Assembly (NCBI RefSeq): GCF_000002075.1
Contig: NW_004797872.1
Coordinates: 156,080-220,079 of the forward strand
Source of the DNA: Aplysia californica
Lineage: Eukaryota
DNA: 64,000 bases
Direction: 5' to 3'
A program made the position numbers and the translations under genes. Below the pieces are notes generated by a model. That model was not told where the DNA came from and did not search any database. It worked only from the letters and a program-made list of their open reading frames with translations. Shown here in pieces: positions 37,701 through 51,100 of this stretch. Every line of letters starts with the position of its first letter. The stretch's first letter is position 1.

Positions 37701-40700
37701 TCAGAGTAAAATGGTTAACGAGCACATGTTCATAAGGAATGTTCAACAATGCCATATGGTGACCACTTTTAGATGGCTGGTCACTTGGATGAGTCCTTGA
37801 GCGAAACATTATGCTGATCTTTAATTTAAAAGAACAAGGTGATGCAATACCATGATCAACATTGAAAATCCCTGGCAGAAACCACAAAGTAGTTTTGTCT
37901 TGTGCCAGAGGCAAAAAGTAATGCCATAGTTTACCTGTAAAGACATCTCTGTGCTAAACCTCAAAGAACAGTTTATCAGATGTACACACCGCTGGTTTTT
38001 CATCTAAAAAAGAAGGGGGGAGCGCATTCTGCAGAAATTTTCTAAAAGTTTGAAAGTTCTCATAAAAAAGGAATCCAAACTGAAGTGTCTGACACTGAGA
38101 CAACACAACTTGCCTTCTCTTCCAAGTCGCTTTTAGTGATGAGGATCTCCTCTGCCCAGCCGACCTCCTTGTCTCTCTTCAAGCCACGACCTTCCTTGTC
38201 CTGGATCTTCCACAGGATGATTGACGCGTCCTCTGCTATACTCACCAGAAACTGGTCATCGTATGTGATTTTCATCTGACCACAGAACAACAAAATAATA
38301 TCAAGGACCATTCTATCTTTTTTTTACAGACCACTCTAATGTATCTTATCAACTTCTATATCAAAATGATTTGCTAATGAGAACACAATATTTAAGAATT
38401 ATGAAATATTTTTGCATTTCGATGTTTTTAAATTTGTTCAGCTGAAAACTAGGTTTCATGGATGTATTTCTACAGGAAGAGACTGAAACAGCAAGTAACT
38501 TCAATGTTTTTCACTCATCCTATCAAGTAGAGTCAAACTGAGTCTCTCATTTGTCCTTGTGACAGTGACAATATTCTTCACCTTATTTCTTTTCAGAAAG
38601 AGCAGCGATGTAAATAAAGTATTTGGTCCAGTTAAAAATTTAAAAGCAGAATCACTAGTATTTTGGCCTCATCCACATTCATATCATCAGTTTAGTGCAT
38701 AGTTATCTCTGAATATGAGAGAGTGACTGCAAATTGGCCAATCTGTTGCCAAACATGATTTTGATCCTCAATTTTTGAGCAAGTTGGCAAGATTTTAAGG
38801 TGTTCAACCCTGTCCTATCAGACATGAGTGATCTCATTGAGGCTACACTTCTCCATAACCCAAAATTCAAATGAAAGGTGGATTATAACTCAAAATCAAA
38901 CATAAATGCAGCACAAATTTGCTTAGAATGATGGTAAAATACAAATTGTTGAGTAGTTCTTTGTCATACCTTGACAATAGGAGCCCCATGACCTTGTAGT
39001 TCTGTCCAGTCCCCGGGCACTGCTAGGGGATACTTCAGTGACCATAGGGTGCCTTTCACGGTACCAGCGAACAGCATACGGCCTGAGTGTGACAGGGCCA
39101 CAGACGTCAAGGTCATGTCACCGGCCGACACCTCTCGCAGGATCTGAAACGAAAGGCGATGACTCGGATGAGAATAGATCTTGTCAAATACTACAACTGA
39201 TATGGCAATGCTAATGTCTAACAAGAAAAGTTTTCCCATGGATCTGTTATATAGGACTTGAAATAACACTTGTAGTACAACTCTTTTCAAGACACCATGT
39301 CAAGTGTCTTGTGTCAATATTTCAAACAAAGAAAATCTTTTACTTATCTTCTTTCACAAATATCAAGGGTTAACCTACATGCAAACTTCATATAACTTTT
39401 CATTCAATGTAATCAGGGATCTAAAGGATTTTTTCTGTCACAGAAACACTATTTTCTCTTATATTTCGGAAGAAGCAAGTACAACTCATTGAAAGTACAA
39501 AAGCTGCAGTAACCTGTGAATCAGCAATTTCTTTCAAAGTCTTGTCAGAGCCCGCGGCAAAGGTTGTCTTTCCGTCGGGAGTGACAGTGACTCCCGTGTA
39601 GCTGCATGACTTGAGCACACTCTCACTGGTCCTCTTCCCGGTGGATGTGTCCCACTCATACACAGCGCCATCCATACCACATGAGATAAGCTTGCTGTCA
39701 TCAGCACTCCACACAACCGATCGCACTTTTCTGTAATGAGCATTTAAAAAATGGAGGTTCAGAAAAGAGAGCGATAGGTAAAATACCTATTGTACTGGCT
39801 TTTTATTCTGTGATTATAATCACTTACTATGCTTCAACTGACTTATTTCTCAAATATCAAATAATTATTTCCCAGAACACCCCATGATGTGAAGTACTAA
39901 TCTTTTCAGGAGGACAGTTAGCATAACACATTTTTAAGACATAATCACAGTAGACCAGCAGCAGCATAATTTCAGAGCAATACCCTTTGAATGAAAAAAA
40001 AAAGAAGCTTAATACCCCTTTCATATTATGCTAAAAACTTCAGACATAAAATTAAGGCAAAAGTATTAGAATATACTACTTCATAAAACTCAAAGTCTTA
40101 TCCAAGGAAAGACGAAACTAAAATCTCATGCTTACAGAACAATTTTGTTGAGCAATTGCAATTTAATCAGGGTTGGATGAAAAAAAAGAAACAAACCCAT
40201 TACAAAAGCAACGTCCTGCACATAAAAATCTACAGGAAAGAGAAGAGAGAACTGACTGACCCATTGTGACCCTTGAGGTTGTTGATGTTCTCAAATGTTG
40301 TGGTAGAGTACAACTGGATTACGTTTCCCATCACAGATGCAAACATATGACCGCCATTGCTGAATGAACACTGAAGAAAGGGGAAAGAAAAAAAAAAGAA
40401 AACGGCACGATTGAATACATGCTGCCTGGTGGACTTTAAATCATGATTTTAGAAACACGAATGACAAACATGGAAACATGCAATATATGTTGAATCCAAG
40501 TCTTTTGACAAAAAAGTGCATAGTTCACTTCTGAGTACAAAACGCCTTAAGACAATTAGTAATTCTACAAGCTTGAAGTATTTCCTTGAATGCCTCTATA
40601 TATATCATTTGAACCTTGATTAAACACATAGCAGATTTTCCAAAGCTTATCAACTGATACAAACTATACATCTTTCATACTTTGTTTTAGTTTAAGAGGA

Positions 40701-43700
40701 AATAATGAAACACTGGAGCTAATGAAGGAGGCACAAAAAGGAAATGACATGAAGGAAGACAGCTAAAAAATATCAGAATTCAAAATCTCACTGCAACAAA
40801 ATGGCAAAAATTTGAGCAGATCTTCCATTACCTCCCTGCATCCACGCACTGTAAATTCTTTGAAAGTGCGGATGTCGTCAATGAGCAAATTCATCAGTCT
40901 CAGCTTGTCACTAAAGCCCACCAGTATGTAGAGGCCTGACGGGTGCAGGGCAATGCTGTACGCTTCCTCAGCAAACACTTTGTACAGCTCCAGGTTGCTG
41001 AAACATATTGAAAAAAACCCAACTCAGATCTTCTTAACATCTGGAAGAGGATTTTTTTTTTACATGGGCTTGACAGTTCTGCAAAACACAGGCACACGTT
41101 ATTTTAATTCATTGCAAAAGAAAAATCTTTAATGAAGAACCAGAATACTTTTCTTCAGGACCTTGAGCCTTTTTCATTTTTGTCTCATTCATAACCAACA
41201 GCTATCTTTCTTATTCTTTCAGCATACAGGTAACATCACATTCTTTTATTACCTGTATTACCTGTCCTGGGCAACAATGTCATTGCACACCGGACAGGTT
41301 CATAAGTGCTCAGTTCCCCCCAGCACCAAAGCCCGCAAGGTATCCATACTGATTGTCACATTCTTTTATTTGCAATAAGAATGCTTCGGTAGCTCACAAT
41401 CCATACTACTGTTAAACCACATCGTATTAGGCAGTTCAAAGGAAAGGATGAAATCAGAAAGTCATTAACAAATATCAAACACTTTTTAAAAAATACCATG
41501 ACAGCAAAGGATAAACTAACGTCCTTGCACTTCAGCTCTTTCTGTAAAAGGCAACAAGACTTGTTATAATCATGAATGCAGTCAAATTGTGTATATGAAG
41601 TTATCAAATTAAGGGCTAAGGAAAATTAGATCAAGTCTTACCAGGTTTCGTAGTTCCACACGCGGACAGATCTGTCAAGTGAACAAGTGGCAATCAGAGG
41701 TTTCCGGATACAAACATCTAAACCTGTGATTGGTGCATTATGAAACACTTGCGACAGGACCTCAAACTGTGCTTGATCGCCCTGGAGAAAAAGAAAAATC
41801 ATACCACAAGAGACGTCAATATTAGTTCTTTGCTACTATGCTTTATATAGGTAAAACTTTGGAAATTATTGTTATTCATAGAGCTACAAAAAGTCAATTT
41901 GTGCGAAATAGCTTGTAGGAAATGCTGAAAACAACCCATTAAGCAGTCCATCTGCCCCAGTTCGTATGTGACCACCTGGAAATATGGAATATATATAAAT
42001 ATTCACAGGGGCAATGAACAATAAATCCTACACAGCACTGAAAGGAACAATGAATTAGTTTATGAGAAAAAGAAATTAAGACTGACTTACCTTGCTGAGG
42101 TCGGCGCTGGACAGTGTAAGATAATAGAGCTGAGCCTGATCAGTGCTGGCCACCAGAGTCTCCTCCGAGGGACTGACAGTCAAGCAGTTGATGAACTGCT
42201 GCTGGGACAGGGTTGGGTCCTGGCTGTTGCAGCTGTCTGGAGGAATCTGTAAATAGAAACAGAAAAACAGATTGATGAACATAAAGTGTTAGACTTTTCC
42301 ACGGATATGATAATCATAATTATAAGAAACATGCTCATTTCAAGTTTAAAACGGTAAATGTTGCTTGTTTGTCATATCAAAATCACTTTCATAGTTTTCA
42401 CACTTTCACAGAGAGACTAGTCTATGAAAGAATATACTTTTGTAAATGAAAGTAACTGGAGAGAAAGAAAGCATTTTCAGAGTCAATAAAAGTTAAAAGG
42501 TGAGAAATACGAGGGGAGTGCAAGAAGTCTTGGATCTAAATATGAAGGAATAAAGCAAGAGCTTTGTAACTCGGCACACATACTTTCATTTCTCTACATT
42601 GTCACCATGCAGAGTAACACATTTCTGCCACCTCTCTTTGACCTTCAAAAGTCCTTGAGAAAAAAATGACTTAGAATGGGCCCCTAACCAGTCTTCCACA
42701 ACTTCAATGGCATCCTTGTTGTTACGGAAACGACGTCCTTTCAGTGATTTTTTAAAGATTAGGAAACAGAAAAAAGCAAGAAGAGGTTAGGTCAGGTGAA
42801 TAAGCTGGGTGTGGCAGGATTTCAAAGTCACACTGTTCTGCTGTCTGAACTGTTTGTTGTGCCCTGTGCACAGAGACCTTGTCACACAGTAGGACGACCC
42901 CATTACGGAGTTTTCCACGCTTTCTTCCCTCCAGATGGCACCGCAGTCTTATCAAAAAACCCTGAGATTGTTTTTTCCATTTTCCAGGTAGTCAGTCATG
43001 ACGATACCTTCACAATCCCAGAAACACGACAGCATGACCTTTCCACTTGACAGTGTTACCTTTGCCTTCTTTGGTGAGGGAGAAGACGGGGTTTTCCATT
43101 GCATGGAGGACATTTTTATTGTGGATCAAAATGATAAATCCATGTTTCACCTATAATCACCAGGTTTTTAAAGAAATTTGTGTCATTGGACTCAATTCGC
43201 AGGAGAGTTTTGCAGGACTCAACCCTCCATTTCTTTTGCTCACTTGCCAAAAGGCGGGGTACCCACCGCACAGACACCTTGCTCATGTTAAGATGTTCAT
43301 GGAGAACCATTTCAATTGATCCTACACTGATTCCCGTTTCAATTGAGAGCTGTTTAACAGTTATACGTCCGTCTTGTAAAACCAGTTTCTTCACTATATA
43401 GATACATTCTCTTCAGTTACCACAAATGATGGGCGCCCTTCATGATCTTCATCCATCACCGACATGAATCCAGATTTGAATTTTCCAGTATGTCACAGTA
43501 TAATAACGAGGACATTTGTCACCATAAACTTGGACCATTTCCTGAAAAATGTCCGAAGGGTATTTTCCTTGTAAGTGTAAAAACTTTATAACTGAGCGAT
43601 ATTCAACAGGCTCTATGCACTGCTATAGCAATGTAAAGTTACCTGGCGGTCCGATGCGTTGGGTCTGTCAGGGGGCCCCCGTCCAAGATAGGTGTTGTCT

Positions 43701-46320
43701 CGTCGTGGTCCTGAGTTCGACTGACTACCTCCGTGAGTCTCTCAGACGATCTCTCTATTTTTCGCACCAAGCTCTTGACGTCATCCAAGGGCGTGCTACT
43801 CCCCTAATTATCTAGTTCCCACAGTAAAGATAAGAGTCATGTCCCTTGACATCACATAGCAAAGAAAAACCAAACGGTTTTGTGCATGGTTTCATCGAAC
43901 TCGCTGACTAGTGCCTTATTATTGTTGATTTTTCCCGAAAATTAGCGTGGCGTGTTCCAAAGAAATTGTCTAAAGGCTGGCCAAATTTCATTACTCTACC
44001 ATGATTACTTCATACTCAGACCAAAGACTTATTGAACCCCCTCGTATTGTGTTGCTAAATGAATGAGAATCTGACATACCACAAAGACTCACCATAATTT
44101 CTCTAGCTTTTTTGAAGAAGTCCTTATCATCTGTCTTCTCAAAGAGGTAGACTGTGCCTAATCCAAAAGCACATGCAAATCCTTTGGAATACGACACAAG
44201 AGAAGTGACTTGAATGGGGTTGAGCGAGCTGCCTTCCTCAGATGTTGTCTTGCTACTGCAAATTTGAACAGAATTACGAAATATCAAACTCTTTTAAAAA
44301 CAGGGGCTTCCATTAATCTCATCAGCTGTCAATTTATAAATGTACAGCTATTGTGTATTGCAAGACTAATTTTTAGCAACATGTCCATCAGAACCCTTTT
44401 TCACTACTCCTAGCTGATATAGTGACAGAAATGGTGTTAAAAAAGCTTGAAACTAGGTTTTACTAAATCAATGAACAACATCTTTGAAATTAGATCACAA
44501 ATAACTGCTCTGATGCTGAGACATCATATGCACAAAAAAAGCAAGGTAAAATAGAAATACTTTAATCTGAAAAAAGAGTCATTTTTTAAAATTAACATTT
44601 TTATAAAATGGAACTGAAGATAATTCTCGTATTTTATTTGACCAGTTATTCTCTCAAAGGGCACAGGACTAAACTTACTTATCAGCATTTGGGGCCAGGT
44701 TGAATTCATTTCTCACTTCACCAGCCTCAAAGAGCAGCAGCTTGCCATTATCCGTGCCAACTATGATTCTCTCCTCAGACACCCAGGCATGACACAGGTA
44801 GTTCTGTGGCTCCATCTTCTGAAAGTTGAAGGGCTTTAGGTTTCCCTCACTGTAGCGGAAGTGGCGGAATACTGTGTTCCCAACAACGCACAGCTGGGTG
44901 TTGTCTTGAGGGTTGAAGCTCACCTGGTAATGACAAATGTAGAAGAAAAAAAAGATGAAGCATTATCTGTTACCCATCTAACTGCATCTTCTGTAATCAT
45001 AATGTTACAAAAAACCAATGGCATGTGTGGAGAGTTTCAATATATGAGACACCAACAAAACTGTATGTCCTCCCCACAACGGTTGGAAATAATGAAGAGA
45101 GGAAGGTACACATTTCCTTCAGAATGTAGCTCCACACAAAGATATGAAAAAAAACCCTCAACCAACAGCCGGGCAGAACCATAACGAAACTTCATTTTTC
45201 AATCCTCAGTACGAATAAGTACTGTGATGTCAGTCATTTGCTTCATTCTTCAAGATGTCAGCGATATATCTTTAAATCGACAAGCAGAATTACAGTCTAA
45301 TTTCATAGAGACAGCGAGCACTTTCATCCTGTAGCTTTTGAGTATTCTTTGTTAAATCTTTACCATTATTTTCATGAAAAGTAAGTATGCAAATTCCTTT
45401 GTTCTATAAATACAATGAATAAAAAATTGAAAGTTAACTTCCATTACTGAGGATACTTTGTTTAACTATTTCAGCTATCCTCAGCTCATTTACTGTCTTA
45501 CCTGATAGACTTCAGAATTGGGGTTTTGAGGATTTGAGGTCTTTGTTGTGGCCATTACTTTAGACTTCTCCCATGTCCAGTAAAGGAGAGTCCAGTCTGG
45601 CTTGCCACCTTGAGCCACCAAGTATTTTGAATCAGGTGAGAAAGCCAGACTGATGTATTCTCCCGACTGCACCTCTGGGGAACTCAGCACTTTCTTCTTT
45701 CGTAGAGAGTGCAGGTCATAAATGGTAATGGTAGGCTTCTCTCCTTTCTCAGCAATTGCAACATAACGTCGATTTGGACTGACAGCCAGTGCAGTCATTC
45801 CTTCACTTTTATCCGTGCCTAAAGAAAAGTTTATTAAAAAGATTGTAGAGTTGGTAACATATAAAATATAACAATAAGTGTCTATTGATCTAAGGTGGAT
45901 TTAGAAAACAGACAAAAAATAGAAGTAGAATGATAATGATAGGCAACATACAAGGCATTTAAAAAAAAATCATTTAGTTTCTCCATACATACATTTCTAA
46001 TTTGAAAGTAAATAAAAAGTGTAAAAATTTACATTCTGAAAATACAAATTAAAAAGTCATTCTTTTAGTTTTCCTATTATGTAACTGATAAAGACAAAAA
46101 ATCAATAACGTGCATCATAAAGAGCTCAGCATAATCTACACAACATATAAAAATGTTCCTTACCTGGGATAAACTTCTGTGACTTCTGGTCAATGTTGTA
46201 CAGGATGCAGTTGGACCCAGCAGGGTACACAATTGTTTGCTCGTCATGGTAGCAAGTATTCCCAGACACTCCACGTTTTACGCCAAATATATAGCGCTCC
46301 TGCGCTAGTGCAATAGACAT
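25792..46320 (-). CDS. CFAP57: Cilia- and flagella-associated protein 57 (WD repeats plus C-terminal coiled coil), 22 coding exons, 1209 aa
   Basis: Exons (high-low): 46320-46164, 45818-45502, 44923-44679, 44255-44093, 42246-42091, 41781-41642, 40997-40832, 40370-40261, 39730-39514, 39143-38970, 38275-38114, 37544-37389, 36908-36815, 36089-35899, 35423-35250, 34173-34015, 33648-33505, 32567-32451, 31605-31474, 29793-29650, 27712-27506, 25896-25792. Total 3630 nt in frame, gccaccATG Kozak. Motifs [33 protein letters not shown] and [26 protein letters not shown]. Non-coding exon 1 ends at 47536. Candidate AATAAA at about 24167-24162. Confidence 0.97.
27030..27190 (+). mobile_element. RTE LINE extreme 3' remnant
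   Basis: [23 protein letters not shown] resembles the terminal finger of the RTE at 28584-29600. Confidence 0.55.
28584..29600 (+). mobile_element. 5'-truncated RTE (BovB-like) LINE, frameshifted, in a CFAP57 intron
   Basis: RT motifs [34 protein letters not shown] and a terminal [21 protein letters not shown] finger, split across frames. Confidence 0.9.
30756..31146 (-). mobile_element. Retroposon family C (about 390 bp); other copies at 27790-28180 (-) and 63040-63530 (+)
   Basis: Three colinear copies sharing a body (cactcttgtgacccgctatttccggg...gagcagagtaag...ctctgttgaca) and the common 3' tail. Confidence 0.8.
31182..31337. repeat. Compound microsatellite (GA)n-(GACA)n-(CA)n
   Basis: Directly visible in the sequence. 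Confidence 0.95.
32714..33136. mobile_element. MITE with approximately 35-bp TIRs and TA TSD, nested in a family B retroposon
   Basis: ta|tgtgaggcagcgtggttgaatcaggctctcgtcaa ... ttgacgagagtctgattccaccgcgctgtctcaca|ta. The flanks rejoin as family B body plus tail. Confidence 0.85.
34293..34822 (+). mobile_element. 5'-truncated RTE-clade LINE with target-site duplication
   Basis: [28 protein letters not shown] and [27 protein letters not shown]. (GA)n tail. 9-bp TSD ATATCTCAT at 34284-34292 and 34823-34831. Confidence 0.88.
42510..44044 (-). mobile_element. Full-length decayed mariner transposon
   Basis: TA-flanked imperfect TIRs (ta|cgaggggagtgcaagaagtct and reverse complement ta|cgagggggttcaataagtct). 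Transposase remnants [35 protein letters not shown] with stops and frameshifts. Confidence 0.9.
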
Positions 46321-47619
46321 GGTGGCTGCTCTAAGTTGTCACCAGTTCTGAAAACAAAAAAGTAAAATAATTTTGAATACTGTTGTTATTAACATGTATG
46401 CAAAGAGTAATTTGTAATATATCCACACAACAAAAAGATAGCTTTTGAAAGTGAAGGACTATTATAATATATGTGTGTCTTTATTTTGAGTGAGGCAATT
46501 TAACATCTTTTACTTGATAGACTGTGGTACTTCGTTACTACAGAAGAAAATATGCTAGTGTCACCACAAAATGACAATAATATTAGCATTTATATTGCGA
46601 ATATTTAATATAGGCAGATTTAAGTCAAAGCACTTATACGATCATGGTCGATTACGTTTTGACAGTTTTATGCACTCTCACATTAACAATATGACAGATT
46701 CATACTCTCCAGGGCACTTCTTTAAAGGGTTGGGGTTTTTTTGCTTGTTTGTTGTTGTTCTTTTTGGTTCACACAGCCCATGTAACAATACTCGAAATTA
46801 TATTCTATTTGGATGACCAAACCAGAATATAAAACGATTAGCTTTATTTTTAGATCTATACAAAAATTTTGAAGCCCAAATCATAAAGTAAACAGACCAT
46901 CAGACGGCATAATATATATTAAAGAGTGTAGTCCAGAAATTCTAATTATGTGTTTGGTTACCTTAATTAGAGCCTTAGGCTTATTACAGGTGTGCAGACT
47001 GTACTGTTTTTAACTTTAAGAAATGATAAAATTTAATGCAAATTGGGTAATAAGTTGAATCCTTACAACGAATTTTTACAGGTAATATATACCTGCTTAC
47101 TAAATTTAGGCATTTGATCAGCCTGGATGAATGATGTAGATACTTGGGATACACTTACACAGACAGGGGACACTGTCAATTAAAATAACTAAATAACTTT
47201 AAATAAAAGAGCGCCCTTTAATTCTGCATTAAGCTTCTACACTGCAAAACATTTTTTAACTATCCTTAAAAGAGACTGCAATGAAAATAGTGTATAACAA
47301 TGTACAAAGTTCATACGATTGGCAGGGGTCGCACGTAACAGTTAGTGTTGAGTGTATCCAGTAAACATGGCATGAACCTAGTTGTAAAGTTATCTCAGTG
47401 ACAGTGAAAAAAGGCGGTCTCAATAAATGCTTGCTTTCAGTTCACCACATCATTCAAAATACATAGACACTAACTATTGTAAGAAGCACTTTTTAGAAAT
47501 ACATCTACCTTTTCTTTATAGTTGACTGCACTTACCTGAATGTGTTTTAGAAGTGAACTAAAACAGAAAACAAAAATAGTTGGAGCTACAACACTGCCAC
47601 CATTTGTGCGTTGGTAAGT

Positions 47620-47633
47620 GTTGCTAGGGTGAC
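47620..47633. promoter_or_regulatory. RFX X-box GTTGCTAGGGTGAC in the CFAP57 proximal promoter
   Basis: Strong match to the X-box (GTTGCY-NN-RGYRAC), about 85 bp from the donor of non-coding exon 1 of a motile-cilia gene. Confidence 0.75.
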
Positions 47634-48190
47634 CATTACCTCCCTTGATGGGATCTATGTCGCGGTGAATGATATTGTCCAGGTAAAACCTTTACTGCTT
47701 TTAATTAATATACAGACCAAATGCTAAACTTTTGAAAGAAATAGAAACAAAAATAGGTAAATATTGATTAAATCTGTTAAGATGCCTTCAATAAACTGTT
47801 TTCTTCAACCGCGTGATAGAATAATGCTCAGCTTCCGGGTCATATAGATTTTGACCTGAAGTTGACCCCAGCGACTGTTGATGTTGATTTCGAAAGTAGA
47901 ATGTTGAGCTTTTAGCGATTTTTGTAGGTTGTTGAGATGTCGTTGTTCTGACAGTTTCTAGGTCCTGGGGAGTTTTACTGAGGCAGAGTCCTTGAGGGGA
48001 TTGCCAGCTACCTTTATCTGCACGTCACTAGATCTAGATAGATCTAGATATACATCTAGCTGTGTCTACGTGAGGACATGCACGTCTGACGTCTACTTTA
48101 ATTACCACCACCAACCACCAGACAATTCGTGATATTAAATAAATAACAATTGCACGGAAGTGCGGTTTTCATTTTATAAATGTATTAATT

Positions 48191-51100
48191 ATGTCAAGAA
48201 AGCTCATGATTTTCCAGCGTTGTTTTCTGGTTCCTCACCACCGTACCGCCTGGGCGTCCTGGGCCTGGGATAGATGTTTATCCCATTCACCTGTTTTGAA
48301 GCCATTTCTGAATGGAACAGTGCAGGCAAAGAATACATCTGCCTCTGGCATTAACAGGCAAATCTCCTCTTATTCTGGTATAAATATTGCTGCTACGCAA
48401 AAACAAACTGTACCAGAGCCTAGAAAAGCACATACACACCACAGGTATCTCCTACCATATTCTGCCTCTGACAGAACGTACAGTCCTTTTCAAAACCTTC
48501 TGTTTCGTCTCTCAAGTTCAACTAGTGGTACCGCAGCTGATCGTGAAAAATCTTGTGACTACCTTGATGCAACAGATAGTGCGATATATGACATCCTGGC
48601 GGAACACATGACTGTGGTGAAAGACTTTCTTTCAGAGGATGAGGAAAAATCACTGCTTGATGAAGTAGACAGCTACATGAAAAGACTGCGATATGAATAT
48701 GATCATTGGGATAATGTAAGTTGTTTCACTGAAATCTAGATGTTATTGAATGATCTCACAAAAATTTATTTCTAATCATGTGCCTTTGCCTGCATGTGTG
48801 GAATTGCATAAAATGTCTTGAAGTACAAATGCAACATGATTTATAATTAACCACTTTGTTGCCTTTGAAATGACATACCAAGTATGTCATGAAAATACAT
48901 ATTTAGAGCTGTGCCATACCATTACTCATGTATGTCATGCAAGTTGGCAAAATTTGCTGCTCCTGCATGGTTACCAATGACGTTACATACACACGTAACG
49001 CTAATGACCTCATGGCTATTATTCTTCTATTCGGAGTTTTAGCCACAAGCGTTGCATAGATTCGTTTTTGGGAATAAAAGATGATATATATATCGGTGCC
49101 ATTGCTAGGCTTGCAAGTGATTGATAAACACTGATCTAGGATTGCGGGCGGCCATGTGCTATCATAAAACGTACACATTGAAATTACTTTAAAAAGGCAA
49201 ATAAATTCACTTTTTGACTTAGATTACAGGTTATTCAAAATTATGAGTAAGATGGGAGGAAACGGAATAAAAAAGTGAGAAAAGTTACAAATCGAAGACG
49301 CGGTGTCTGAAATATGTCACGAGCACGCTAGATATAGACCGCGCGTCCATTAACACTGAGTCAAGACATTTATAAAGCTGTCCTGGGTAACGAGCTCAGC
49401 TGAAAATCAGTGATGACAGTAGGAAAACATACCCCCTGGCTATGAAAGGGTTAACGTGAATAATGGTCAAATAGTGCTGCATGAGTAACAATTACATGTT
49501 ATAATTAAACATGCTTTATGTATGGCATATTTATGCCGAAGTGTGATTTAATGTTGTAAGAGTTGAATTAAGAAGGATAAAAATCTATTTTGTAAATGCA
49601 ATAGAATATGACTATAGTGGCACCCGCTGCAGCGGGCTTTGTAAACTCAATTACCTGTGCTTGGGCAAGAAAGACCCGAACTTGGATATAGTGGGAGAGA
49701 TCCAGCGAGCTTTAGCTGGGGGCTCCTAATGCTCCTCCCCTTTGCTTTACCTAAATTTATAGCTTTCCATCCCTGAGTTCCTAGCTGAATGTAATCATTC
49801 AGAGTGGGATCTTAGGGGTGACTTTAGTGTAGCAAAAAAATTTTTTTCTTAAAAGAATGGGATCTTAAGTGAATCAGGATCAAAGCTATGATATCTTAGA
49901 TGGAGACTGCTGTAACATATTAAATTAACGATAATTATTGTTTTATCAAACGTTCTTTGTAAGATTGTATCAGTTAAGATTTAGGTTGGAGGCAGGGAGG
50001 CTCAGACTAAGATATTATTATTAAACAATTATCAAACATCACTGAGAAACATCTTATTCTTATGTCTCAGGTTTGAGGTGTCTTAATATTAATCTAATCT
50101 CTCAAAGTCGTAAATGTTGATACTGCCACTGGTCATCTGATGATGAAGAGTAAAATTGTTTTATCTTTATCTATTTATATTATTTTTTTAAAGTTCGTTA
50201 CTTTGGTCACCTAAAACTTCCGAACCACTTAACTTTCGAATTTGAAAAAATTAACAGTGGTTCAGAATCATTTAAAGGGTGCACAGTTAAATTAAGGAGT
50301 CTGAAGTCACTGTAGCTTAATTTTCAGCTTGTCATTAGTATTGTTTGGATCTAATCTTGGCAAAGTCCGTCCTCTAAGACGCCATTGTTAACAAGTGAGA
50401 CTTCCGTTCACATGCATTGCGCACTGATCCCACAATGACTTGATGATTGATTCTTTTGAGTCCGTTCATCAAACGAGGGTACCTAGTTAATTATTCATAA
50501 TTTTGGTGTCTATTTCAATACAATACATGGTATATAATTCTCTTCTAATTGTTAAAAAAAAGTTAATTATATATCATATTTTTAGCCCAAATGCAAAGTT
50601 CCATTTTTGCTTATTTGCTTGTGGTATTTTTTCCATTATGCTTCAGGCTATTCATGGCTACAGAGAGACGGAGAAAAGGTCGTGGAATGATGCCAATTCT
50701 CAGATTCTGCAGCGTGTCAAGGATATTGCATTTGACGGAGGAGTGTCTCCCCTTGCATATGTCCATGTTTTAGACATTGCTAAAGAAGGCTACATAAAGC
50801 CACACGTGGATGCGGTTCGGGTAGGTGATTATGAACAGCAGACTTCAATTTTAACATCCTTAATAATTAGCTTCTTTTTATTTTCTTGGGCGACAAGCTA
50901 ATATGTTCTGATGACATTCTTGCAGTGAAATAATGTAGGTTCGTCGCTGAAAATAGCTAAATGGACACAGATGTTAGTTTCTTCTCATCTTAAGCTTTTC
51001 CTTTTTTTTCCAGTTTTGTTGTCTTTTCGTCTTTCCATGAATCAAAATGCTCATAACACTGGCCTTATTTGGAAATCTGTGACAATACAATGTTTTATTT

